Both the position numbers and the translations under genes were made by a program. A stretch of 64,000 nt of DNA from Harriotta raleighana (taxonomy: Eukaryota). Positions within the stretch are counted from its first letter, which is position 1. Every line of letters begins with the position of its first letter. This document shows positions 52,701 to 64,000 of the stretch, in pieces. The notes beneath the pieces are model-generated. The model ran no database searches and was not told where the DNA came from. It saw only the letters and a list, made by a program, of their open reading frames with translations. The stretch lies in the NCBI GenBank assembly GCA_050575255.1, contig JBNZDD010013730.1:8276012-8340011 (forward strand). Reading direction: 5' to 3'.

Positions 52701-55350
52701 ATGCATTTTGTTGACCTTTATCAAACTGTGAATGCACTGTGCTACATTGGCGCAAATGTGTCACAGGTTGGCACTACATCTTTCATTCCTGGCTTCATGC
52801 GTCACTGACTGGAAACAAGTAACTGACAGGTAGGTGTGTTTTTATATATTTTTTAGCTAGTTATTTTATATTGTGTGCATTTATTATATCTGATACCGTG
52901 GTCCCCTGGTGACCATACAGCAGAAGGATCATAGTTCAAAGGATCATCCTTCCAAAGCATCCATTTCACTTGCAGTTGCGCTGGAGAATTGTTCAACTCA
53001 GTTGCTGCTTTATTGATGGAAAATAGTGAGTGTTTTTGGCATCTATTTCCCTTGGGCTTCTATACAGCATTCAGATTTAAATAATGTGAATTTTAATGCC
53101 TTTTTCTGAAGTCTGAATAAATCTGAATGCTGGTGAATAGTTTCTGATTCTGCTTCTGTCTCACCTTTATTTTATGTTTTCCACTCTCCTCTTCAAATGG
53201 TCGCTTCTTCACTTACCCCTCTTCCTCTACCCCACACCTTGCTAATTTAGTTAAACACTAATCTTTTTATTTCTTTCTCCATTCCCACTTCCTCACACAT
53301 TCTCTGTTTTGCTTTCTCTATAGTCCCTTTCTCTTTTTGTTATATTGGCTTCAATTCTTTTTCATTTGCATTCTCTCCTTGTTGCACAAGATTCCTGTAT
53401 TCATTCCTGTATTCTTGTTTGCCTCCATTTGTTTGCTGTAACCCAGCTTCATTCGTATATCCGATTCCATTTTCTCCATAGTAATGGAACTGATCATAAA
53501 CCTCTATTTCTAATCTTTTAATTAGTCTTTGATCTTGTTATCTCAGTTCATATTATTTTTCCTTTTATTCAGTCTTGAGGAAGTATATATGTATGCCTAG
53601 TACATATTACTGAACCAATGAATCAAGATTATTTGAAATGGTAGTGTGTCTCTGGTACAGTGTCCACAACTTTACAGCAAATATATTTAAAGCCAGCACT
53701 CAATGAAACTATGTATCAATATAGAACATATTCAGCATTGTGAAACTACAGCTATTGCTTATTGCATTACAATCTGATCGAATTTGGGATCCCGAGATCT
53801 GAAGATCAAGAATTGAGAAAGCATCAATGCACCACCATTCTTCCTTATCTCTTACAACCTTTAAGAAGACAAAATGATTCTAATTGAACTTAGTTTAATT
53901 TATCTATTTTATCACACCCACGTTCCACCTCCCCATTCTTGCCATTCGTCTTCATCAAGAGAATGGACTGCTCCTACTCGACTGCTCCTACTCACCAATG
54001 TGCATCAATGCAGCTCGCAAGATGTTTACCCAGGGATCACAGAAACTCTGGAACAGTTATCTACTTTCTTGCTTGAAATAGCCAGAAGAGACTGCCAGGC
54101 CTTTACCACACAGCTGCCCTCAACCTTCACACTTCTCTTCCAACAAGGAATCATGACTTCAAATTTCAGTGCAGTATGGAATTGAAATCAGGCCTCCTAG
54201 TCACAAAACCAGCCTATCCCATTATATCTGTCCAACTATTTCATCTTGGAATCCTTTACTAACCACACAGAGAATGAAGGTTTTAAATTATATACAAATT
54301 TAACCAAATATATTGAGAACGCAATATATGAAATCAATCTAATCGTATAATTATTGTTTTTTTTTCTCTTACTAAGGATCGGATACCATCTTGTGCAAAG
54401 AGTAAAGTTGTTTGCTTGGTTTGCAAAATTCTTATATTAACACTTTAATATGAACAAACAACAAAATACTGAATGAAAAGTAACTGCAATGTAAAATAGA
54501 CTTTGAACTGTAAATTGCTGATTGTATTAGTGAAAGCATGATGGAAATATTTGACACTACATGATTACACACTAATTGTTCTGGAGAGTCTAATCCATTT
54601 TATTGCAGCATTAAGAGTAATAAGCAAAAAGAAAATTTAATTTGTTAAACCTTGATAATTAATTGTGTTTAAAATGGACTGCCCTTAGGATTAAATGTTT
54701 TTATTAAATTGCTTTCCTCTCCTCTTTAATTCAACCCTGTTATAATTGTTCTAGTCTAATATGGTATTTAATTGATGTGTATTGCAGAGATTAACTATTG
54801 TACATAACAGAGTTCAATTAATAACTTTGTAAAATGGAACTTAGTTTAGTGAACTCTTTAAATGTCAAATAATGATGTAATGCAAGCAATTTTACAGTTG
54901 TAAAGAAACAGTAATTTAACGTTGCACCTAAGCAGTGATATTGAAGAACATGGATGCCACTAAATTATTTGAAAACATTTTAAAAAATTTAACATTCAAT
55001 GTTGAATTAACCAAATTCAACCTCCCTGCAATGTGTGTTTCTAAAACATTGATTCATTCTCAGAATCACTGAGAACATACACCAAATTGTTTAACCATAA
55101 AGCAAATTTGCAAAAGACATTGTAATAAAATATTTAATTTCATCCTAAAAATTCTTTAAAATTCATGAAGGCAAATCAAATGCACATTGACAAGTGCTTA
55201 ATATAACTTTTTTTAAATGATGCTTTGAAATGGTGTAAACTTCAGGAATAGGCATCCTTTACTAGATCCAGAAAAAGGTATGCATTAGGCTTTGTAGACA
55301 TGTTATATTTGGAATAGCTATGCAGTGTATGTGTTGTCTTGTTTCTGCAG

Positions 55351-55485
55351 ACTGTAAATGTAACCCCTTTGGCTCAGTCCATGATCGTTGTAATGGCGCA
55401 GGAGTTTGTGATTGTAAGAAGGGAACAACAGGGGCTAAGTGTGATGAGTGCCTGCCGGGATATTATTGGCACAAGGGCTGTCGAC
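55351..55485 (+). CDS. NTNG1: Netrin-G exon, laminin EGF-like domain 3 (135 nt)
   Basis: Acceptor gttgtcttgtttctgcag|. Reads DCKCNPFGSVHDRCNGAGVCDCKKGTTGAKCDECLPGYYWHKGCR, in a different frame from the listed ORF 55339..55647. Donor C|GTAAGT; phase 1-1. Confidence 0.96.
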
Positions 55486-56214
55486 GTAAGTAGCATTTCC
55501 AAAGCTGCATCCCCAACACTCCTCTTCTCCTCTCCCTCCCCCCACCCTGCAGTTTTGCTGCTACTGCTTGTGTCTGTCAGCATGTGCAGCTATACTAACT
55601 ATTCCAGTAAGGAAAGAACCAGGCTTTTAGCTACCTATCCTTCCTAAGGATTATAATTAATCTCCTAAGAAATTTGTGGCATTGCTGCTCACCAAGCTCT
55701 CTAGTTAGAACAACTACAATTGTGACTCGGACAAAGCTTTGTTTCTTTTCAGCTTGCTTCAATGACGTCAACTCCGAAAGTCATTCAATCCTCCCAGAGC
55801 AAGTAGTTGAAATATGGTTTGGCTGAAGGTGGTGTTTCTATAGTATTTCATTTGAAATAGAGCTCAGCTAAATTTAGGATTCTTCACAATGAGCAGATGT
55901 TCTCTATTGTTTAACATTCTGGGCTATGGGTTGAGGGAACTTGTGACTGGGAGGATCCGAGATGCAATACTGATGGAACTTTTACTATTCCAAGGTTAAA
56001 ATCAGTTCCATGTTTGAAGAGATTCCTTTTGGGGGAATTAACCAGTGCCTTTTGAGTGACTAGTCACACCAGGCAGGTCTACAATAATTCTAGGCATTCT
56101 TGGTGCAGACAATTTGGTGTAGTTTTCAATTCTGCCATACAAACCATGATCCTAGTTATATCAATATCATGCTATATGCTTAACATATTCTGTCAACTAG
56201 GCTGTAGATCTGTG

Positions 56215-56385
56215 ATAATAATAATTTTAATAATAATCCTTACGTTTGATATTACATTATTGAGACGTCTCAAAGCACTTGACAGAATACACTGCAATAT
56301 TTGACTGTATTTTTTATAGACGAAATGCAGAAGATAATTGAGCACAGCAGTGTTCCACAAACCGTCATGGATTTACATGACTGGA
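56215..56385 (-). mobile_element. SINE 3' fragment, 57988 family
   Basis: aataataatccttacgtttgatat...gagacgtctcaaagcacttgacagaatacactg...cacagcagtgttccacaaac. Confidence 0.65.
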
Positions 56386-57987
56386 AATGTAGCATTCTAT
56401 GATAATTGAAAGTGGGACAAATTATTAAAGCAGATACGAAGATTTGCAAATAACATAGACTATTTCTAAATTCATAGCGTCTTCTTTACAATTTGAAAAA
56501 CTCCATCTTTTATAACTTTTGGTGAAGAAAACACTGTTGCAATTTCAGGATAACAGCATTCTACAAACACTATTTCTTATAATCACTGACATGGTAGTTG
56601 GGCCAAATGGCCTGCTTTCCTCTCTGCAAATGCTATGAAACTAAGTCACCTCATAGAGATATAATACTCTCTTCGTATGAATACACACTCAGAGCCATAG
56701 TCCAATAATAATAATGAATCCATGCATTTACTATTAAAGTTTTCTTTGGCTAATAGTGTACTTGATAATTTAATGTTTATTGTCTTTGCATCTGGGATGT
56801 TTCAGATATCCTTATCAATGAGTATAATGTTTATGAACAGTAGTTTTTTTTTTCTGGTGTGAGGGGGAAACTTAGCAGAAAACCAGGTATGTTTCAGTGC
56901 TAAACACACCAACAAGTATTGAATAAGGATCTATTTATACTAGAGGATCATGTGTAACATGCAGGTACATGGTGATTTGCATAACTATTTTCTTTCTACT
57001 TTCAATGAGTTAATAATTTAAAGGAGTTAAAACATCTAAAGAAACAGATTGGATGGTTGGTATCATTTGGGAGAATGGAATAACAATGCTAGCATGCCAA
57101 TTATTGACCTTTCACCTCTAGAACTTGGGTTCAAATCCAATTCCATAGGGACTGTGGAAGGCAAGGAGGCTTATGTTTGAACTTGATCTTGGAGACCTCT
57201 GGAAAATAGAACGATCAGACCCCTGGGAGATGTCTGAATTTCAGTTGCTCCTGCCATACAATATGAGTAATTTCAGAACATCTTTTAAAGCCATTGTTAA
57301 TGGTTTATTGGAGCACAAACATATAAGATCTTGTTTTGTTCTCTTGTTGTTTTTGGTATTTGTTATGTGTTTCTCTTGATGATTATGCTTTCTCTATCCC
57401 ACAATATTAGCCCTGGTCTCTTTTCTCTCCCGCCACCCTACGCCCCACAGTGCTATTCTTCTCTCTGGTTCTGGTGATATAATGAACTGAAAGAGCCTCA
57501 GAGATACCATACACTTAACAAGTTTTTATATTGTGAGCTTTGTCATTTCAGGTGGAGCTTATAACTTATTAGTATTATAACGTCTCTTTCAACGAGTATG
57601 TGGCTTTCTAGGTTTTATCTGCTGATTCCTAACATTATATTTTTGCAATACAGATTTCTTCTATTACGACTGTCAGGTTTGGTTCCGATTTGTCACAGGA
57701 AGCTTAAAGGGAAATAAAATCCAAGATGTAACAGGAAGGGACAGTTTTTTTTATTGGTATAATACTGCATGCTGCTTTTTTCCAGAATATCCTCTATCCT
57801 GTGAAATTGACACTTTCCAATGCTGCAGGAGCATTGTCAAATTGAAAGAGTTTTAACGAAATGTATTAATAAATTTGAGGTGTTTCATTTACTGTATTAC
57901 CTGAAGGAATGTTAGCCATATGCTCACTGCAATCCCAGATGTGCTGACTCTGCCTTATCTTCTTCACTGTCATACTCAGTACACAGT

Positions 57988-58287
57988 GGAGTCCTGTAGC
58001 TCAGTGGTAAGAGCACTTGCCTTGCAAGTGAGAGGTCAGGGCAAAACCTTGGGCAAATTTTCTTACTCCACATGCCTGATAATAAGTCCTCAAGAGAAAA
58101 AAACAATAATAAATAGGTCATTTCAATCCACGACTGTTTGTGGGTCACTGTTGTGCACAATTGGCTCCTGCATTTCGCCACATATATACAGTTAATTAAC
58201 TTTACAGTATATTCTGTGAAGCGCTTTGAGACTCAAGAAGACATGAAAAGTGCTATATCAAATGCAAGGATTATTATTACTATTACT
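57988..58287 (+). mobile_element. tRNA-derived SINE with L2-like 3' tail
   Basis: A-box-like tagctcagtggt head, core tgtgggtcactgttgtgcacaattggct, tail gaagcgctttgagac...tgaaaagtgctatatcaaatgcaagg(att)n. Several homologous copies occur in the window. Confidence 0.75.
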
Positions 58288-59595
58288 AACTTTGTTATTA
58301 GACTGATAACATTGATAGGATTGGGGAAGAGATGAATTAGTGAACCGGTTAACCTATACAATGGAAGTTAACAGAACACTAATACTATTCAGCGCCTTGG
58401 GACTTCCTCCCGACATGAAAGGCCCTCTGGAAATGTAATTTTGTTGTATTGTTTTAAACTGCTAAGAGTGAAGACCATTCACCTATTCTATTATGTAAAA
58501 ATGGGCCAGAATCTGGGTTTTGCCAATTTTAAAAAGAGACTAAAAGCAGTTGCTGGAAAACTGGCATTATACAGTGACATCTGCTGCTGTACTAATACCA
58601 ACGTTTTATCTCAAAAGGGAAAGCTACTTTTTTTGAAATGATCCACTTCGGCAGTTTAGTCCCCAGTGCAATCCTCTGTTATGTGTTTCAATCCATGCAC
58701 TGCTGTGTAGTAGATAAATACAGCTTGTATCATTGCATGTTCTCTCCACCAGGGAAATTGGTCTCATGTTTCATCTCACATTGAGTTAAACATTATCAAA
58801 CATTGAGACTGCATAAGTTTTTTTTTAATACTTTCCATTCATGGTCAATTACCAAAATCCGCAATGTTAACATTAAAAATATTTCCAATTGACAGTTCCT
58901 GTGCACAAGAGGCTTTCTTGTTGACAATGTTAATATCTTTAAACATAACAGAATAAAACTGTGATTTTGTTTTCTCCCAGGATGAAATCAGTATGGCAAA
59001 TGCTATTGAAATTTATATTTATGAACATTGGGTGGGAAATACAGCTTTAATATTTACGCTGTCATCTCTGATAAACAGTAACTGAGACTAATACGTAATA
59101 TCTTAAAATTATTCATCTTCTCTTTAGAAAGTAACAAATGGCTGTTCACAGCGCACACAGCTCCTGTGATCAGAAAGTGAAGACCTTTAAAAGGCAGACA
59201 TTTGCAGTCATTAATTTATATGGTTGTCATCTGGAGATGAAGAATGGAGCAGCTTCCCTCAACACTGCCTTGAATTTGATTAATTTGAAAGTCGAATCAT
59301 TGCCCTGTATGCAAACGTATGAATTCATTTTGAGCACTGGGGAATTACATTCCTTTGTACCTCAGCTGGCTAGAGAGGCATCTAATGATGCAAGACATCA
59401 GACTGAGCTCCGATACAATTCTACATTGAGGGAGAGTGAACCTGAGTTTAAAAGAGATGATAACAACATATGATGTAAGGTCACAACATAAGAATTACTG
59501 CAATCATCTTCTGCAATCACCTTCTGTTGTTCGTTGGCAGCATTGCACATGATATTTTTTTAAATGATGCATAATAATGCATCATTTGAGCAAGA

Positions 59596-59815
59596 TGTCA
59601 GCCCAGCTCAGTTACTCTCACCTTTGAGTCAGGAGGCTGTGGGTTCAAGGCTCATGTTAGGACTTTGAGCTCAAAGTCTCGGCTGACAATCCAGCGCAGT
59701 CTATCCTGTGAGCATTGTATTGTCAGAGGTGCCAACCTTCCGATAAAACTCATCAAAGATCCCATGCCCCAATTCAAAAAGAGAAGGGAATTTCTCCTGA
59801 TGTCATGGCCAAAAT
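59596..59815 (+). mobile_element. Older tRNA-headed SINE (SacSINE1/DeuSINE-like) 5' fragment
   Basis: tgtcagcccagctcagttactctcacctttgagtcaggaggctgtgggttcaag...tgtcagaggtgcc; family name from recalled shark SINE consensus. Confidence 0.55.
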
Positions 59816-62800
59816 CCATTTCAGAGCTGATTCTACAAACTGTTCATTAAAGACGAGAGTTATTTTGAGTTGATATGGATACTGTTGATGTCAGGCTGCT
59901 TTGTCCAGTCAAGTTACTGCTGATATCCGAAAACACCAACTGGTCCAATTAGTAAGGACCGGATGCTATTAATATAAGTTGCTTTCTGTAACATTGCCAC
60001 AACATCTGTGCTATAAATCACATTTGGACCAGGTGATGACCTTAATCACTCTCCAAGTACGAATACAAGCAGGAAATTTAAGTCATATAATGGTCTATGG
60101 CATAAACTCCCACATTGGTACAGTAGTTCTGAAGCTTTTAGACCTTGTGTTGAAGTTAAGAAACTTGACTTATAATTGTAAGCATTGGAGACACTTTCCA
60201 TCAGCTGGTAGGAAACCAGACAACATTGTAAGTAAGTGTAGTCCTGGGTATACAGCTTAGGTACTGGTCTATATCATACCACTGCACATTTTCTTCCTAC
60301 AAACAAAGGTCAGAAAATATAAGACAAAAGGAACAGCTGGCAAACAAGTTATATTTTTAATTTTGCTGTGTCGGGAGCTCTGCTGGCTTTGCTGATTAGA
60401 TGTCCAGAAATAGGATGTGGGTGGTGGTGGTGGTGGGGGGATTGTTTCCAGTGAAAATACAATTTATTTCCAACTTCCTTCACTGCAAAACCTAATGGCT
60501 TTATAAATGTATCCATCATACAGCATCCAAGCAGGAATTAATCAGGTGTTAGGTTAATGTAATGCTGGAGCTTACAGGATCAATAAAACCTATTCAATGT
60601 GCACAACAGTTTTATCTTTAATAGTTCACAACATGCTACAATCTGTATGCTTGTGAATTAACTATTTAAATAAAAAATTTGCCAGAAATCATATTAAGTG
60701 CACAAGCATATGTGTGTGATTTTGTGTTCCACAAATCCTAATGTTAAATACTTCTGCAGTATAATAATATGATCTGCTGGGTACTGTCTGGAAAAAAGGT
60801 GGTGCGCGATAACTGATCCTCTCTAGCATGACTGATGCGGGTTTCTTTATCATTGGGATTTTAGTGCTGTTACGACAGACTGATCAATACAGTTTGATCA
60901 AGAGGATGTTTGAAGTCCTGATAGTAGCTAAACTCATATCTCATCTGGATGCTTGAAATAATGACAATATTTATTTATCTCACTGCTCCAATATTTTTTC
61001 TTTATTAATTGAAATTTGTCCTATAAATATGGAAAAGGAGGGTTGGATGGGTATGTGTATGAATAACGATTGGATCATGTAAGCTTGGATTACCAAATGG
61101 ACCTTGCTATATGGTTGTGACAATTATTTAAAGCTATGTTACTGCAACAAAATTTTCTGTTGTCAACTCTTGCTACACCTAGGATATAAATCACAGCCAG
61201 TGTTTCTTCATATGCAGAGATAACATTTAGCAAATCTTAAAAAAAAGTGTGACATGTTCCATAGCTAATGTTAGTGACCGTGCCATTAAGTATAAAGAGG
61301 TGTGGAATTTCATACATCAGCTCTACTTTAACACTTCAACAGTGAAAAAATGTGATGTTTCATAACAGATTTGTTAATCTTTGAATGTGTTAATTAATCT
61401 GTTAGAAAACATTTTGCACCCCTACTTTTCAATACACTTACATTTGTCAACAAAACCCTTTCAGCATTCTTTGAAAAACAAATCAATGCAATCCTTCACA
61501 GCTGAAAAAGTACAGTATGCATAGAAGTGTTTAGGACTAAATTGGACCTAACTCTCAGGTACAAGAACATTTTTTAACAAGGTGGCGAGATTGAACAGTT
61601 ACAAAGGCAGTGTCATACCAAAACAGATTTTTTAAGATGGCGACATTGAGTATAGAAGGCGTTGCTAAACTCGACTAACAGGACAGAATAAAAGAGCATT
61701 GAGTGAGTAAGTGCAGGCTGCCCGACAAGTGTTGTGTCACCTGCTCAAGAGAGACTCACAGTCAGTCAACACGATGTGATTTGCTACAATGACAGTTACA
61801 GGCACCAATGCCTTATGTGTCTGTGTGACTGGGACCTTTACAACATTCACAAAGGACATCACTGAAGGCATCCATATCATGTGGCATAAAGGAAGTAACT
61901 GATGCACTCTTTGCAAAAGCAACTTTGCACATCCATCCTATTAGTAATCAGTAGCAGATGCAGAGCCAACAACATCACTTACATTAAAATTCCACAAGTG
62001 CAGGGAATTGTAGACCAGATGTATGGAATTGTTTGTGCGGCAGCTACGAGTAATTGTAACCACCGGGGCATTTCCTCTCCAAACGTTCGGAAAGTCTGCA
62101 AAGGGGGAAATCATTCATTGAAATGCTCAGGTTCCGGGGTCTTTTATCTTCATAGAGTCCGAAAGAGAATCTGAGGCCTTCATCAAATCAGCATCCTTTC
62201 TAAAATGTTCCCGATTTTACTTTTTCAGTAAATTTCTGGAGAGATTTTTCAATCTCTCAATTCTTTCCTTACCATAAGGCTCATTTGGCAGTATAATCCC
62301 ATCTTGGTTGGGTCAAATGGCTTGTTCAAGTGCTGTGAGGTTCTATGGAAGAAGACACTTATTTTTGGATCTATTCAATGTCTACTTGCCCATTCCCTTC
62401 AAGTGTAGCCGATGAAAATCAATTTCTGTTTTGAAAATAAAATGACTGTGCTGGAATGGGAGAATTGGAATAATTTGTATACATTTCAAATTTCCTGTTT
62501 TTGTGACTTAATATAACTGAAATAAATATTCAGTGGCAAAATAGAATACTTTAGATTTTTACAATATTCATTTAAGATATTTTAGGCACTGCCAAAACAT
62601 GTGTACTCCAGCTAGTGAAACTATAATTTAAAGAACTTTAATGAACATTTTAAGATCTTATATTTTATCCCAGCATAAAGTCTTTGGACGTCCTCCCGAA
62701 ATGAAAGCCACTTTCCCAACATGTAATTTTGTTGTTGTTGTTGTTCATGAACATAGATCAGGTTGCGCGCAATGTAAAGAATTCCCTTTAGTCATTGAAT

Positions 62801-64000
62801 GTACTTTAAAGAGCCATGAAGATCATACATAAAGTCATAAAGTGATTGGGTTAAATAAATTTGTGGTCAGTACAGTCGTAACAAATAGGCAATGCAGTCA
62901 GCCTGTAAGACAGTAGCATGGACTCCCATTGCCTCGTGAATATGGAATTAGCTGTAAAAGGTGCCAGGCAATGCGATTCCTCACAGTAAACCAGCATGTT
63001 TTTACTTTGAAGTGTAAGTTTAAAAGGAATAATTTATGATGCTGTTAGGAAAAAACTATTCCTATTCACTCTGTTAGCTTAAGATGCCAAAGGTTATGCA
63101 GAAAACAGCAAATTTTAAAGAGACTGTGTAAGAAGATTATATACTAGTAATGTTTGATGTTACCAGCTGACAAAATCCATCAATTGTTAAAACAGAAGTA
63201 AGGACTAGTGTACAAAGAAATGCAAGTGAGCTGTCATGTTTGACAGGACAATTCTACAGTATTATATTGGGTCAAATTTTCCCCTGGGTGAAGGAATTTG
63301 TGAGCACACGTCTGTAGTTTCCTGCATTTCCTGTTCTTTCTTAAGAAAAACTGTATTACTATTTGCATTTCTGAATCGGTACAATTTGCACTGGCTTCCA
63401 GTACTCATTGAACAATTTAGGACACTAGAAATTTCCAAATGGGCCATGTTTATAGTATGTCCTTACATTTCCCCATCAGTAGGCATGTGAAACAAGATTT
63501 GAACTGAGGAACAGAGCCAAATATTTTTGATTAAAGACTTTGTCTACACTCAAGCTTCTGTGTCAAAAGGACACAAGTTTAATCTGCGAGTGCAGTAATG
63601 GGAGATGGGTGGGGTGAAATTTTAAACCAATGCCCCATGTGTTTGTTCATGTGGACATTAAAATCCATTCATATACAGTAAATTGTAAAGAGACAGTCAC
63701 TCACCTCATTACTGGTTGTTTGTGGGACCCTACTGTAATTTTTGCCTCCAAAAACATTTGGTTCCCTCACAATAGTTACTTGCATTGTAAAAGTGAAAGT
63801 TTTATTTTCCAGTAGAGTGATTATTTTCCAAGTGTTGTAAGTTTCAAATATTAACATTAAGGAATTAGCCAAGACTTTGGATGCAAATATCTGCTAACCA
63901 AAACTCCAGTGATTTTTGTCAATAGAATTTGTCACATTACCAGCAGTCTTAATGTCATGTGCATTCGCCAGTAGCCTTTGCACATGCTTATGGCTCTGTG

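Noticed and set aside
55339-55647. Listed 102-aa ORF
   Set aside because: Wrong frame; the real LE3 exon 55351-55485 is read in another frame.
57988-58050. tRNA-like sequence
   Set aside because: No intact T arm or acceptor stem; it continues into a SINE body present in several copies.
992-63872. Most entries of the six-frame ORF track (e.g. 13851-14237, 48702-49160, 59138-59473)
   Set aside because: Short, no recognisable domains; expected by chance in AT-rich introns or derived from repeats.
55486-64000. Terminal EGF + GPI-signal exon of netrin-G
   Set aside because: No NVCD...CQNGG-like coding segment was found by eye; presumed downstream of the window.
1-64000. CRISPR array, rRNA, operons or other prokaryotic systems
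   Set aside because: The sequence is a spliced vertebrate gene; no regularly spaced repeats or rRNA signatures were seen.

Overview
AT-rich vertebrate genomic DNA with no prokaryotic features. The CR1-type 3' ends, L2 LINE tails and tRNA-derived SINEs suggest a cartilaginous fish; this is inference. The whole window lies inside one + strand netrin-G gene (netrin-G1-like). Five coding exons are supported: 1-276 (end of the laminin N-terminal domain), 11664-11836 (LE1), a 27-nt microexon at 27164-27190 that the ORF track misses, 46611-46778 (LE2) and 55351-55485 (LE3). All have GT-AG boundaries and compatible phases; the final EGF/GPI exon was not found and presumably lies beyond the window. 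The most interesting signal is that the receptor-discriminating loops match neither netrin-G1 nor netrin-G2 as I recall them, raising the possibility of a third vertebrate netrin-G paralog. The introns hold a complete hAT MITE with an 8-bp TSD, L2/CR1/SINE fragments, a perfect 45-bp-stem hairpin, a 92-bp exact direct repeat, and five single-N assembly duplications, one of which appears to capture a 38-bp micro-inversion. All comparisons to known proteins and repeats are from memory, not database searches.
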